This document shows positions 38,297 to 48,008 of a stretch of 64,000 nt of DNA, piece after piece (the first letter of the stretch is position 1; each line of letters starts with the position of its first letter). Where the stretch lies: assembly GCA_050011565.1 (NCBI GenBank), contig JBEKIW010000003.1:224001-288000 (forward strand), given 5' to 3'. The notes under the pieces are model-generated. The model was not told the origin of the DNA. It made no database searches and worked only from the letters and a program-made list of their open reading frames with translations. The translations under genes and the position numbers were made by a program. The stretch comes from Dehalococcoidia bacterium (GTDB lineage: Bacteria > Chloroflexota > Dehalococcoidia > GIF9 > UBA5629).

Positions 38297-38857
38297 CTAG
38301 TATTCAATGCCCTTGCGGGACAGCATCCCTTTGTCAAACGGATGCTTTACCTTGACCATATTGGTAACCAGGTCAGCTAGCTCGATTAACTTCGGGTCAG
38401 CATAGCGGCCGGTGAGAATAAGCTCCACTTTTTCCGGCTTGTCATGTATCAACTTTACGACGCTATCCACGTCAATCAACTTCCAAGCAGCGGCTACATT
38501 TACTTCATCGAGTATAACTACATCGTATTTCAGACTGAGCATGGCTTTCCGGGCAGCTTCCAGTGCCTTCCTGGCTTCTTCCTTCTCCTCCGGTTTAACA
38601 TTAGCGGGGTCGACGAATTCCTGAAATCCGAACCTTTCCACGGTACAATTTGGAAGTTGGCACAGGATTTTATGTTCCCCGTATGGGAAATCGCCTTTCA
38701 TGAAGAATACGATATAAACTCGGAGGCCATGCCCCAAGGCACGGATGATAGTCCCCAGAGCTGCCGATGTTTTTCCTTTGCCCTCGCCGGTAAAAATTTC
38801 AACCAGGCCCCTGGTTGAAGTTGCAGCAGATAAGGTCTCGGCTGATTCCCCGGTCAC
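38297..38857 (-). CDS. cobO: Cob(I)alamin adenosyltransferase
   Basis: FTGEGKGKTSAALG, ILDE, LILTGR, KHPF..G...GIEY. Confidence 0.93.
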   Translation of the reverse strand: MTGESAETLSAATSTRGLVEIFTGEGKGKTSAALGTIIRALGHGLRVYIVFFMKGDFPYGEHKILCQLPNCTVERFGFQEFVDPANVKPEEKEEARKALEAARKAMLSLKYDVVILDEVNVAAAWKLIDVDSVVKLIHDKPEKVELILTGRYADPKLIELADLVTNMVKVKHPFDKGMLSRKGIEY

Positions 38858-39084
38858 CTCGACAGCAGTTTAACAAAAAGCCGGATATAGTGTCAATCGA
38901 GAAACAAAATACAAAGGGAGTGTGTTTAGTCTGTCATCGCTAGGAGCCCTTCTTCGGAGAGGCGACATGGCGATCTCGATGGTGCGAAGAAATTAACATT
39001 GACATCCTGAGCCTTAACGGTATAATAATCTGGTTATCCCGCTGCTTAAACTTGTGCAGCATTTATTGATTCAGGAGGTAAATT

Positions 39085-40926
39085 ATGCGCGGAGGCTACA
39101 TGGGCAAAATGCTGTTCGTTGACCTGACCCAGAGGAAAATATCCGTGGAATTGGCGGTAGACGACTTGTATCAAAATTTCTTCGGCGGCTACGGTATTGG
39201 TGCCAGAGTCCTTTTCAGCCGGCAGAAAGCTAAAGTCGACCCGCTGGGACCGGATGCCATGCTGGGATTCGTCACCGGCCTTCTAACCGGCACACCCGCT
39301 CTGTTCGGCTCCAGGTACGTAGTAGTTGGCAAATCGCCGCTGACCGGAACCTGGGGCGATGCCAACTCCGGCGGTGATTTCGGCCCGTACCTGAAATTCT
39401 CCGGCTATGACGCCGTTTTCTTCACCGGTATTTCGCCCAGTCCAGTTTACCTCTTCATCGACAACTGTAAAGCCGAACTTAGGCCAGCAGATAAATTATG
39501 GGGTAAAGACACCTGGGAAACCGAATCACTGCTTCAGGACGAGCTTGGCAAGGAGGCTCGAATCGCCTGCATCGGCCCGTCGGGTGAGAGCCTATCGCTC
39601 ATTTCCTGCATCATTAACAACAGGGGACGAGCCGCCGGCCGTTCCGGCCTGGGTGCCGTGATGGGCTCTAAAAAGCTGAAGGCTGTTGCAGTGAAGGGAA
39701 ATCAAATAGTCCCGCTTGCTAACGAGTTAGAGATAAAGGCGGCGCGCACCAAACACCTGGCTCAACTAGGTGGTGCCGTCGAAGCGTTCCGTAAATTGGG
39801 CACTTGTGCCGGCTTGAATGTACTAGTTCAAACTGGTGATACGCCGGTCAAGAATTGGAAAGGTACGGCACTGGATTTTACCACTGGTGCCGTCATCAGC
39901 GACCAGAGAGTAATCGATTTACAGGAGCGCAGATATGGCTGCTGGCGCTGTCCTGTTGCCTGCGGCGGGCATATGAAGCCCGGCACACAGTATCACTACC
40001 CGGCATTGGTTCACAAGCCCGAATACGAGACACTGGCAGCCTTCGGCTCAATGTGCTTGAACGACAACCTCGAGTCCATAATCATGGTCAACGATATCTG
40101 TAATCGCTATGGGGTGGATACCATTTCCGCCGGTTCTATAATATCCTTCGCCATAGAGTGCTACGAAAACGGATTAATCAGTAATAAAGATACCGATGGT
40201 ATCGAGCTCAGGTGGGGCAATCACAAAGCCATCGTAGACATGACTGAGAAGCTGGCTAAGCGGCAGGGCTTCGGCGGGGTACTTGCCGACGGCGTCAAAC
40301 GGGCAGCCGACCAGATAGGCAAAGGAGCCGAAGAATTTGCTGTTCATATACATGGCGAGGAAGTGCCCATGCACGACCCCAAACGATACCTGAATTATGC
40401 CACTTCTTATCTCGATTCCACGCCGGCCCGCCACACACAGGGTAACTACACCACCAAGCCGGCCAGCGGCCTGGAATTCCCGGCGTACGACCGCAAGTCC
40501 ACTGCCGGCCGTGGCGAGGCGAATAAGATGGGCAGCGACCTGATGCATGCCATAAGCTGTGCCGGCCTCTGCCAGTTCGGCTACGGCTTCATGGATGCCA
40601 GCGCACTCACCGACTTCATAAACCTGACCACAGGCTGGAACTATAGCATCGACGACCTGCTGAAGGTGGGAGATAGGGTGGCGACCATCCGGCAGGCGTT
40701 CAACGCCCGGGAAGGTATTAGCATATCTGACTTTCGGGTCCCTGGCAGGGTCGCCGGCAATCCACCACCCGAAGCTGGCCCCACTGCCGGCAAGACTGTG
40801 GACTTCGATACTTTGCTTAAAGACTATTTCACAATCCGTGGCTGGGAAGTCAACACCGGTGTACCGACTAAAAATAAGCTGCTTGAGCTAGGCCTCGACG
40901 ACGTAGCTAAGGCTCTGTGGGATTGA
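39085..40926 (+). CDS. Aldehyde:ferredoxin oxidoreductase family (W/Mo-pterin)
   Basis: KSPLTG, IGPSGE, GRSGLGAVMGSKKLKA, CWRCPVAC, PEYET, GVDTIS. Confidence 0.95.
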   Translation: MRGGYMGKMLFVDLTQRKISVELAVDDLYQNFFGGYGIGARVLFSRQKAKVDPLGPDAMLGFVTGLLTGTPALFGSRYVVVGKSPLTGTWGDANSGGDFGPYLKFSGYDAVFFTGISPSPVYLFIDNCKAELRPADKLWGKDTWETESLLQDELGKEARIACIGPSGESLSLISCIINNRGRAAGRSGLGAVMGSKKLKAVAVKGNQIVPLANELEIKAARTKHLAQLGGAVEAFRKLGTCAGLNVLVQTGDTPVKNWKGTALDFTTGAVISDQRVIDLQERRYGCWRCPVACGGHMKPGTQYHYPALVHKPEYETLAAFGSMCLNDNLESIIMVNDICNRYGVDTISAGSIISFAIECYENGLISNKDTDGIELRWGNHKAIVDMTEKLAKRQGFGGVLADGVKRAADQIGKGAEEFAVHIHGEEVPMHDPKRYLNYATSYLDSTPARHTQGNYTTKPASGLEFPAYDRKSTAGRGEANKMGSDLMHAISCAGLCQFGYGFMDASALTDFINLTTGWNYSIDDLLKVGDRVATIRQAFNAREGISISDFRVPGRVAGNPPPEAGPTAGKTVDFDTLLKDYFTIRGWEVNTGVPTKNKLLELGLDDVAKALWD

Positions 40927-40999
40927 ACCTGGCATGCAGGAATAGTACTGAATTTGACATTCGGCTACCTAATCTGGTAAATTATCTTTCGCTTTGAAA

Positions 41000-41383
41000 A
41001 TGACACAGAGTTACGCTATAGTCGAAACCGGCGGCAAGCAATACAAAGTGGCGCCGGGTCAAAAAATCGATGTCGACCGCCTGGCTGTTGGCAAAGGCAA
41101 AGATATCGAGCTGTCCAGGGTATTGCTTATCGCCGATGGTAAGGATACCGTCGTAGGTAATCCCACAATAGATGGCGCCAAAGTAGTCGCCACCTGTCTC
41201 AGCGAAGGGAAGAGCGCCAAGGTTATAGTTTTCAAATATAAACCGAAGGTACGCTATCGCCGGAAAAAAGGCCATCGACAGATTTATTCAAAGTTAGAAA
41301 TCAAGGAAATCGTTAAACCGGGCGAGGAGGCAGCGCCGAAGAAAACTACAAAGAAAAAGGTGGCGACCGGAAGTAAAAGCTAA
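41000..41383 (+). CDS. rplU: 50S ribosomal protein L21
   Basis: [17 protein letters not shown]. Confidence 0.98.
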   Translation: MTQSYAIVETGGKQYKVAPGQKIDVDRLAVGKGKDIELSRVLLIADGKDTVVGNPTIDGAKVVATCLSEGKSAKVIVFKYKPKVRYRRKKGHRQIYSKLEIKEIVKPGEEAAPKKTTKKKVATGSKS

Positions 41384-41646
41384 TGGCACATAAGAAGGGC
41401 GGAGGCAGTACTCGTTACGGACGTGACAGCCAATCAAAACGATTGGGTGTAAAAAGATATGGCGGTCAACAGGTTAATGCTGGCACCATACTGGTCAGAC
41501 AACGAGGCACTCGCATTCAGCCGGGTAACAATGTCGGCGTGGGCAGAGACCATACACTATTCGCACTTATCGATGGCGCCGTCAAATATGAACCGGCAAC
41601 CAAGAACCGCAAAAAAGTCAGCGTTTATACCGAGCAAGTTAAATGA
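41383..41646 (+). CDS. rpmA: 50S ribosomal protein L27
   Basis: [22 protein letters not shown]. Confidence 0.99.
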   Translation: MAHKKGGGSTRYGRDSQSKRLGVKRYGGQQVNAGTILVRQRGTRIQPGNNVGVGRDHTLFALIDGAVKYEPATKNRKKVSVYTEQVK

Positions 41647-41849
41647 GACCTAAAATACATCCTGAGTATTACACAGATGCCAAGGTAACCTGCTCCTGTG
41701 GCAACACCTTTACCACCGGCTCCACCAAGAAGCAGCTCAGAGTGGAGCTGTGTAGCAAATGCCATCCCTTCTTCACCGGCGAGCAGAAGATAGTTGATAC
41801 TGCCGGCAGAGTGGAACGCTTCAAGCGTCGCTACAAGATAAAGGAATAA
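41643..41849 (+). CDS. rpmE: 50S ribosomal protein L31 (Zn-binding type)
   Basis: [25 protein letters not shown]. Confidence 0.99.
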   Translation: MRPKIHPEYYTDAKVTCSCGNTFTTGSTKKQLRVELCSKCHPFFTGEQKIVDTAGRVERFKRRYKIKE

Positions 41850-41858
41850 AGTCCTCAC

Positions 41859-41950
41859 GTCATTGCGAGGCACGAAGTGCCATGGCAATCTCCGCCTTTC
41901 ATTTATGTCATTGCGTGAAATCCTTTCGCGGAAGGGGTCGTGGCAATCTC
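41859..41950. repeat. Two copies of a TGTCATTGCGAG...GGCAATCTC REP-like element
   Basis: Same family at 2476-2533, 33260-33299, 38932-38977 and 48912-48999. Confidence 0.75.
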
Positions 41951-41958
41951 TGTGAAGA

Positions 41959-42034
41959 AAATCCCAAGCACCAAACTTTAGGATTTTAAATTTCGAATTT
42001 GTCTGGGATTTGGAAAATTGGAATTTAGGATTTA
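41959..42034. repeat. Heptamer-periodic TTTGGAA/TTTAGGA repeat element
   Basis: aaatcccaagcaccaaa...tttgtctgggatttggaaaattggaatttagga; related tracts at 953-1010, 2571-2620, 16924-16966 and 33213-33252. Confidence 0.6.
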
Positions 42035-42985
42035 GTGAAGCAGAGAGATTACAAAGTGGAAAAACCAGCGCCCTTCTATTATGGCGGCCAAGCGGTAATG
42101 GAGGGCGTAATGATGCGAGGGCGAAAAAGCATTGCCGTCGCCGTCCGCCGTCCTAATGGCGAGATTAGCCTTACCAGCCAGCCTCTGGCCAGCCTGTATA
42201 AAGGCCGAGCTAGAAACTGGCCCTTCATCAGGGGAATCATCGTACTTATCGAGACATTGGCCCTCGGGACTCAATCCCTGCTTCATTCCGCCCAAATTGC
42301 CGCCGCCGAAGAGGAAGAGAGCATATCTCCGGCGCTGCTCTGGGGAAGCGTAGTCATCGCCGTTGCCTTTGCTGTGGCCCTTTTCTTTATCGCCCCGCTG
42401 CTACTCACCCGCTATCTGGTCGACCCCTACATCACCTCATCTTTTGTCAGCAACCTTATCGAAGGCATTATACGCATCGGCATCTTCATAGCATATCTGA
42501 AAATCATAAGTCTGATGCCGGAAGTGAAAAGGCTTTTTACTTATCATGGAGCCGAACACAAGGTGGTCAACGCCTATGAAGCTGGAGTACCCCTGGAGTT
42601 AGACTATGTTAAAAACTACTCTACAGCCCACACCCGGTGTGGCACCGGCTTCCTGCTGGCAGTTATGGTTATCTCTATTTTTGTTTTTGCCCTGCTCGGC
42701 CGTCCGTCGATATGGCTCAGCATTCTGTCTCGCATCGTTCTCATCCCTGTCATCGCCGCTATCGGCTACGAATTCGTTCGCTTTGGGGCAACCCATTACC
42801 GGAATGTTATTGTACGTAGCCTTCTGGCTCCGGGACTGCTGCTGCAGTCCCTGACCACGGGTGAACCGAACGACAGCCAGTTGGAAACAGCTTTATCGGC
42901 GATGAAAAAAGTCATCGAAACCGACAGTGGCCAGTCATCTCCCTCTCCCTCGACAGGAGAGGGTCAGATTGAGGGTGAAACCTAA
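42035..42985 (+). CDS. DUF1385 membrane protein
   Basis: GGQAVMEGVMM, YHGAEHK, HTRCGT; usual position after rpmE. Confidence 0.93.
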   Translation: MKQRDYKVEKPAPFYYGGQAVMEGVMMRGRKSIAVAVRRPNGEISLTSQPLASLYKGRARNWPFIRGIIVLIETLALGTQSLLHSAQIAAAEEEESISPALLWGSVVIAVAFAVALFFIAPLLLTRYLVDPYITSSFVSNLIEGIIRIGIFIAYLKIISLMPEVKRLFTYHGAEHKVVNAYEAGVPLELDYVKNYSTAHTRCGTGFLLAVMVISIFVFALLGRPSIWLSILSRIVLIPVIAAIGYEFVRFGATHYRNVIVRSLLAPGLLLQSLTTGEPNDSQLETALSAMKKVIETDSGQSSPSPSTGEGQIEGET

Positions 42986-42999
42986 AAGTGCTGCGAGGC

Positions 43000-43320
43000 T
43001 TAATCTACGTCTTTCTTGTCGAATTTCTGGAAAAAACAGCTCCGGTTGCCGGTATGACATACCGGGCCGGACGGCTTAGCCTTAATCAATATAGCGTCGC
43101 TGTCGCAATCCTTGGCTATTGACTTCACTTTTAGAATACTCCCCGAGGTAGCTCCTTTGTGCCACAATTCCTGGCGGCTCCGGCTATAGAACCATACCTC
43201 TCCACTGTCCACAGTACGCTTTAGCGCCTCTTTATCGGCATAGCCCAGCATCAACACTTCCCCGTTGTCAGCGTCCTGAACTATGACCGGAATCAAGCCT
43301 TTATCATTAAATTTTAACAT
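43000..43320 (-). CDS. hisI: Phosphoribosyl-AMP cyclohydrolase
   Basis: [34 protein letters not shown]. Confidence 0.97.
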   Translation of the reverse strand: MLKFNDKGLIPVIVQDADNGEVLMLGYADKEALKRTVDSGEVWFYSRSRQELWHKGATSGSILKVKSIAKDCDSDAILIKAKPSGPVCHTGNRSCFFQKFDKKDVD

Positions 43321-43342
43321 CTTATACCACCTTATTTTTCCG

Positions 43343-43381
43343 TCCCATCTCCCTTGAAGGGAGAGGGCCTGAGTGATGGTG
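43343..43381. repeat. CCCTCTCCC...GGGAGAGGG REP-like palindrome
   Basis: Same family at 35409-35443 and 42938-42980. Confidence 0.65.
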
Positions 43382-43389
43382 TAACTTTG

Positions 43390-44100
43390 TTACCCCACTG
43401 CCAGAGCCTCTTTCAAATTTATGTCGCCGGTATAAATCGCTTTGCCCACGATAGCCCCCTCCACCCCCAGTTTCTTAAGCTTTTTCAAATGGCTTAATTT
43501 TGAGATGCCACCGGCGGCGATGATGGGCAGGTTCACGCCCTTCACCATCTCGGCTATGGCCTCGAAACCGGGTTCGGTAAGCGTGCCATCTCGTTTTATG
43601 TCAGTATATATAATGCGCCTTACGCCCATAGCAGCCATCTGCGAGCCAAGCTCCAATGCCTTAGTTTTCGTCCCCTTCACCCAACCATGCGTGGCTACAT
43701 AGCCGTCACGGGCATCGATGCCAACGACGATAGCCTCATCATACTTCTGGCATAAACTCTTTATCAACTCTGGATTTTCCACAGCAACTGTTCCTAAAAT
43801 TACCCGGTCCACACCTATGTTCAATAGCTCCGCTACGGTAGCCTCGTCTCTTATACCGCCGCCAAGCTGCACCGGCAAGTTCACCCGCTTTACTATATCT
43901 TCGATAACCGTTATATTACGGGGCTTACCTCCGGCAGCGCCATCCAGGTCAATCACGTGCAGCCTCCGAGCCCCCTGAGCCCTCCAGCCCATGGCGACAT
44001 CTACCGGATTCTCGGAGAAAACCGTTTCCTTAAGGTAATCTCCCTGATACAGCCGGACACACTTGCCCCCTTTAATATCGACTGCCGGAATTACTTCCAT
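43390..44100 (-). CDS. hisA: ProFAR isomerase
   Basis: IPAVDIKGGKCVRLYQG, LHVIDLDGA, QLGGGIR, TDIKRDG. Confidence 0.98.
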   Translation of the reverse strand: MEVIPAVDIKGGKCVRLYQGDYLKETVFSENPVDVAMGWRAQGARRLHVIDLDGAAGGKPRNITVIEDIVKRVNLPVQLGGGIRDEATVAELLNIGVDRVILGTVAVENPELIKSLCQKYDEAIVVGIDARDGYVATHGWVKGTKTKALELGSQMAAMGVRRIIYTDIKRDGTLTEPGFEAIAEMVKGVNLPIIAAGGISKLSHLKKLKKLGVEGAIVGKAIYTGDINLKEALAVG

Positions 44101-44197
44101 ATCAACTTACCATACGAGCGTTTAAATTTCCTTAAATTTGCTATACAATATTAAAGCTTTAACTCATTACTTTCAAATACAAGGAGGATAAACAACA

Positions 44198-45340
44198 ATG
44201 GACTTCGAGCTTTCCGAAGAGCATAAAATGTTCCAGGAAGCCATTTGCAACTTTGCGGAGAAAGAAATCGCCCCGCTCGTTGAGGAAGCCGAAAAAACAG
44301 CTACCTTCCCCCTACAGCTATTTCCCAAGATGGGAAAATTAGGCTATCTCTGCGTCAGATACCCGGCTAAATATGGCGGTGCTGAGATGGGCAAAATTGG
44401 TGACTGTATTTCAATCGAGCAAGTAGCTTACCACAGCGTCGGCATATGTGCCGGCATCATGGTTCAAAGCGGCATCGGCACCACAGCCGTCTACACTCGC
44501 GGTAACGAAGACCAGAAGAAGAGATACCTGGTACCGGCCATTAAAGGAGAAAAAATAGCCGCTTTCGGACTTACCGAGCCTAATGCCGGCTCTGACGCCG
44601 CATCCATACAAACAACTGCCAATAAAAAGAACGGCAAATATGTCCTCAACGGCACCAAAATCTTCATCACCAACGGCAATATCTGCGACTTTGTTCTGGC
44701 TGCTGCTTATACAGACAAAAGCAAAGGGTCTAGAGGTGGCGTAAGCTTATTCATTGTCGAGAAAGGCACTCCCGGGTTCAATCGAGCTAAGCTTCACAAG
44801 TTTTGCGGTCGTTCCGGTGAAACGGGTGAGCTGACTTTTGAGGACTGCGCCGTGCCTGAAGCTAATCTTATCGGTGAAGAGGGCAAAGGCTTCCCTTACG
44901 TGATGGAATCGCTAATGGGTGGCAGGATATCCCACGCCTCCAGAAGTTTAGGCCTGGCCCGGGCAGCTTACGATGCTTCACTCAAATACGCTCAAGAAAG
45001 AGTTCAATTCGGCCAGCCTATAGCTAAATTCCAGACCAATGCCTTTAAGCTGGCACGAATGGCACTGGACATAGAGGCAGCTCGGTGGCTTATATTCCAC
45101 GCTGCCTGGCTCTATGACCAGAACAAACCGCACGTTAAAGAAGCAGCTATGGCCAAGCTTTTCGCCAGCGAGGTTTCGGTCAGGGTAACTACCGAAGCCA
45201 TGCAGATTCATGGGGGCTACGGTCTGACGGAAGATTCCGTAATCCAGCGTTACTTCCGCGACTCCCGAATGTCAACCATCACCGAGGGTACCTCGGAAAT
45301 CCAGCAGCTCGTTATCTCGCGAGAAATCGGCATTCGCTAG
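44198..45340 (+). CDS. Acyl-CoA dehydrogenase
   Basis: FGLTEPNAGSD, ERVQFGQPI, QIHGGYG, EGTSEIQ. Confidence 0.95.
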   Translation: MDFELSEEHKMFQEAICNFAEKEIAPLVEEAEKTATFPLQLFPKMGKLGYLCVRYPAKYGGAEMGKIGDCISIEQVAYHSVGICAGIMVQSGIGTTAVYTRGNEDQKKRYLVPAIKGEKIAAFGLTEPNAGSDAASIQTTANKKNGKYVLNGTKIFITNGNICDFVLAAAYTDKSKGSRGGVSLFIVEKGTPGFNRAKLHKFCGRSGETGELTFEDCAVPEANLIGEEGKGFPYVMESLMGGRISHASRSLGLARAAYDASLKYAQERVQFGQPIAKFQTNAFKLARMALDIEAARWLIFHAAWLYDQNKPHVKEAAMAKLFASEVSVRVTTEAMQIHGGYGLTEDSVIQRYFRDSRMSTITEGTSEIQQLVISREIGIR

Positions 45341-45413
45341 CGGTAGAAACAATTTGTAGCACTGCACTAAGGCATTGGGTCAAACAATAAGCCAACAGTG
45401 AAAGGTGATACAC

Positions 45414-46967
45414 ATGTCAAACACAAAAGAGACAATCGAGGCATACAAGGCAAAGCGAGAAAAAATAAAGCAAATGGGAGACCCCAAGGCCATTGAGCAG
45501 CGCCACAAAGCTGGGCAATGGTCGGCACGAGAAAGGATCGATTATTTCTTCGACCCGGGTACTTTCACCGAAATAGGGCTTTTCGTTAAGCACCGCACTA
45601 TAAATTTCGGCATGGATAAAAGGGAGATACCGGCTGAAGGCGTAATAACAGGCTACGGCAAGGTAAATGGCCGTCCCGTCGTCGCTATCGCCGAGGACTT
45701 TACTGCCATGGCAGGGACTTTTGGCGAATACCACGGCAAGAAATTTGCCCGCGCACTCGATTTTGCCAAGGACATGGGCTGGCCCTGCATAAGCATGAAC
45801 GATTCGGGAGGAGCCCGGCTTCAAGAAGGCATGGATACGCTCGAAGCCTATGGTTGGCTATTCAGAGCTCAAATACAGGCTTCGGGCATAGTGCCTCAGA
45901 TATCTCTGCTCATGGGGCCGTGCTTAGGTGGACAGGCTTATCATCCGGTAATGCAGGACTTCCTCATCCAGTGCCGGCATACCGGCTTCATGGGCATCGC
46001 CGGCCCGGCTTTCGTAAAAACTCAAGTCGGTGAGGAAATCACCCTAGACGAGCTTTCCGGCTGGAAAGCACACGCCGTGAAATCGGGACAAACGCATGTG
46101 GTCGTTGAGAATGACAAAGAGGCACTGGACACCTGCAAACAACTTCTCTTCTTCCTGCCGTCGAATAATAAAGAAAAACCGCCATGCATCAATACCCAGG
46201 ATGAAGCGGATAGAACAGTACCGGAATTGGATACCATCATTCCTGACCGTCCGAACCAGTCATTTGATATGCTTAAAGTAATTAAGCTGGTGGTAGATGA
46301 TGGTTACTTTTTTGAGCTGTTGAAAGACCATGCACAGAACTGCATCATAGGCTTCGCCCGGTTCAATGGTCGTACGGTAGGCATAGTCGCCAACCGCCCG
46401 GCGCATATCGGCGGCGTTATCGACGTGGATGCCGCAGACAAAATGGCCAGATTTATCAGGTTCTGTGACCTGTTTAATATACCGCTGATTAGCTTCCAGG
46501 ACTGTCCCGGTTACATGATAGGCTCCGAACAAGATTGGAAGGGCATTCTACGCCACGGTGCCAAGTTGCTTTACGCCTGGGCCGATGCTACCGTGCCGCT
46601 GATTTCGATCATAGTTAGAAAATCTTACGCCGGCGCCCATTACGGTATGCTGGATAAATCCATCGGCGCCGACCTGGTATTTGCCTGGCCCACAGCTCTG
46701 GTTACCATCGTCGGTGCTGAGACTGCAGCCAGCGTCATCTTCGCCAAGGAGATAAAAGAGGCAGAAAGCCCAAAAGAGGTGAGGGCCAAACGAGTAAAGG
46801 AGTATCAGGAGCTATACGAGAATCCCTATATGGGAGCCGAACGAGGCTATATCGATGATATCATAATGCCCAGCGACACCAGGAAGATGATAAATAGAGC
46901 CCTGGATGCACTGGAAAATAAGACTGTGGCCAGACCGTGGAGAAAGTACTCTAACATCAACCTATGA
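45414..46967 (+). CDS. Acyl-CoA carboxylase/decarboxylase carboxyltransferase subunit (PccB/MmdA-like)
   Basis: ARERI, NDSGGARLQEG, GFARFNG, RHGAKLL, RKSYAGA. Confidence 0.93.
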   Translation: MSNTKETIEAYKAKREKIKQMGDPKAIEQRHKAGQWSARERIDYFFDPGTFTEIGLFVKHRTINFGMDKREIPAEGVITGYGKVNGRPVVAIAEDFTAMAGTFGEYHGKKFARALDFAKDMGWPCISMNDSGGARLQEGMDTLEAYGWLFRAQIQASGIVPQISLLMGPCLGGQAYHPVMQDFLIQCRHTGFMGIAGPAFVKTQVGEEITLDELSGWKAHAVKSGQTHVVVENDKEALDTCKQLLFFLPSNNKEKPPCINTQDEADRTVPELDTIIPDRPNQSFDMLKVIKLVVDDGYFFELLKDHAQNCIIGFARFNGRTVGIVANRPAHIGGVIDVDAADKMARFIRFCDLFNIPLISFQDCPGYMIGSEQDWKGILRHGAKLLYAWADATVPLISIIVRKSYAGAHYGMLDKSIGADLVFAWPTALVTIVGAETAASVIFAKEIKEAESPKEVRAKRVKEYQELYENPYMGAERGYIDDIIMPSDTRKMINRALDALENKTVARPWRKYSNINL

Positions 46968-47728
46968 CAGCTGGAGATAGAACACAGGTCGACTACACCG
47001 GTATTTCAAAAATATATGACAGCTACCGCTCCTATCCCGACGATCTGATAAAAAGGATTATTGAGCTGGGACGGATTGGCCGGGGAAAGAAGGTTCTAGA
47101 CCTCGGCTGTGGTACCGGAAATATAGCCAGGCAAATAAAGAATAATATAGATGCTGATTTAATTGGCGTCGATGTATCGCTGGACATGTTGAAAGTGGCC
47201 ACGAGTAAATCTCTTGAAGTTATCGGCATCGACATCGATAATCAGCCATTACCCTTCCGCGATAGTTCTTTCGACACCGTAATAGGGGCCTACGTTATCC
47301 ACCAAATAAAAAACCTGAATTTTATGCTCTCGGAGATTTATCGCGTGTTACGGGATGGCGTCCTGGTCCTCCTAACCTCCAGCCATAAACAAATCGAAGA
47401 CCAGCATCCGATTATCAAAGATTTCTTCCCCAGCTATGTCGGTATCGATAAGGGCAGATTTCCGGATATTGACCGGATAGACTACGTATTGGAGTCTCTT
47501 TCTTTCAAAGATATTAGACACGAAGAGGTGACTGTCGAGAATATCCCCATAGACTATGAATATCTGCAAAAAGTAAAAAACAAATATGTTTCGACCTACC
47601 ACCTTATGCCGCAAGGCGAATTCGAGAATGGTATCGCCAAATTGGAAGCGTTTATTATGAACAGAAATCAGCCCCAATTCAGGGACTGGCATGGAACGAT
47701 AATATGTGGACTCAAGACTATCAAATAA
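46964..47728 (+). CDS. Class I SAM-dependent methyltransferase
   Basis: VLDLGCGTG, LPFRDSSFD. Confidence 0.9.
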   Translation: MTAGDRTQVDYTGISKIYDSYRSYPDDLIKRIIELGRIGRGKKVLDLGCGTGNIARQIKNNIDADLIGVDVSLDMLKVATSKSLEVIGIDIDNQPLPFRDSSFDTVIGAYVIHQIKNLNFMLSEIYRVLRDGVLVLLTSSHKQIEDQHPIIKDFFPSYVGIDKGRFPDIDRIDYVLESLSFKDIRHEEVTVENIPIDYEYLQKVKNKYVSTYHLMPQGEFENGIAKLEAFIMNRNQPQFRDWHGTIICGLKTIK

Positions 47729-47740
47729 AGGAGGACTAAA

Positions 47741-47953
47741 ATGGAATTAGTTAATACGTGGCCGACACCGGTGTGGACGACATGGTGGGTTATCCTTCTG
47801 CTCGTTCTCTGGACGCTGCCGTGGAAGGGCGTGGCCCTGTGGAAGTCTGCCGGTAACAAGCAGCTGGCGTGGTTCGTCTGTATTTTTATATTTAACACAC
47901 TGGCCATCCTGGAGATAATTTACATCTTCGGATTCAGCAAGAAGAAATCGTAA
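47741..47953 (+). CDS. DUF5652-like small membrane protein
   Basis: WTLPWKGVALWKSA...WF...NTLAILEIIY; AGGAGG RBS. Confidence 0.85.
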   Translation: MELVNTWPTPVWTTWWVILLLVLWTLPWKGVALWKSAGNKQLAWFVCIFIFNTLAILEIIYIFGFSKKKS

Positions 47954-48008
47954 CTATAAGCTTACCACGTAGACACAGCCTTCGCCTGTTTGCTATACTC
48001 AAAGACTC

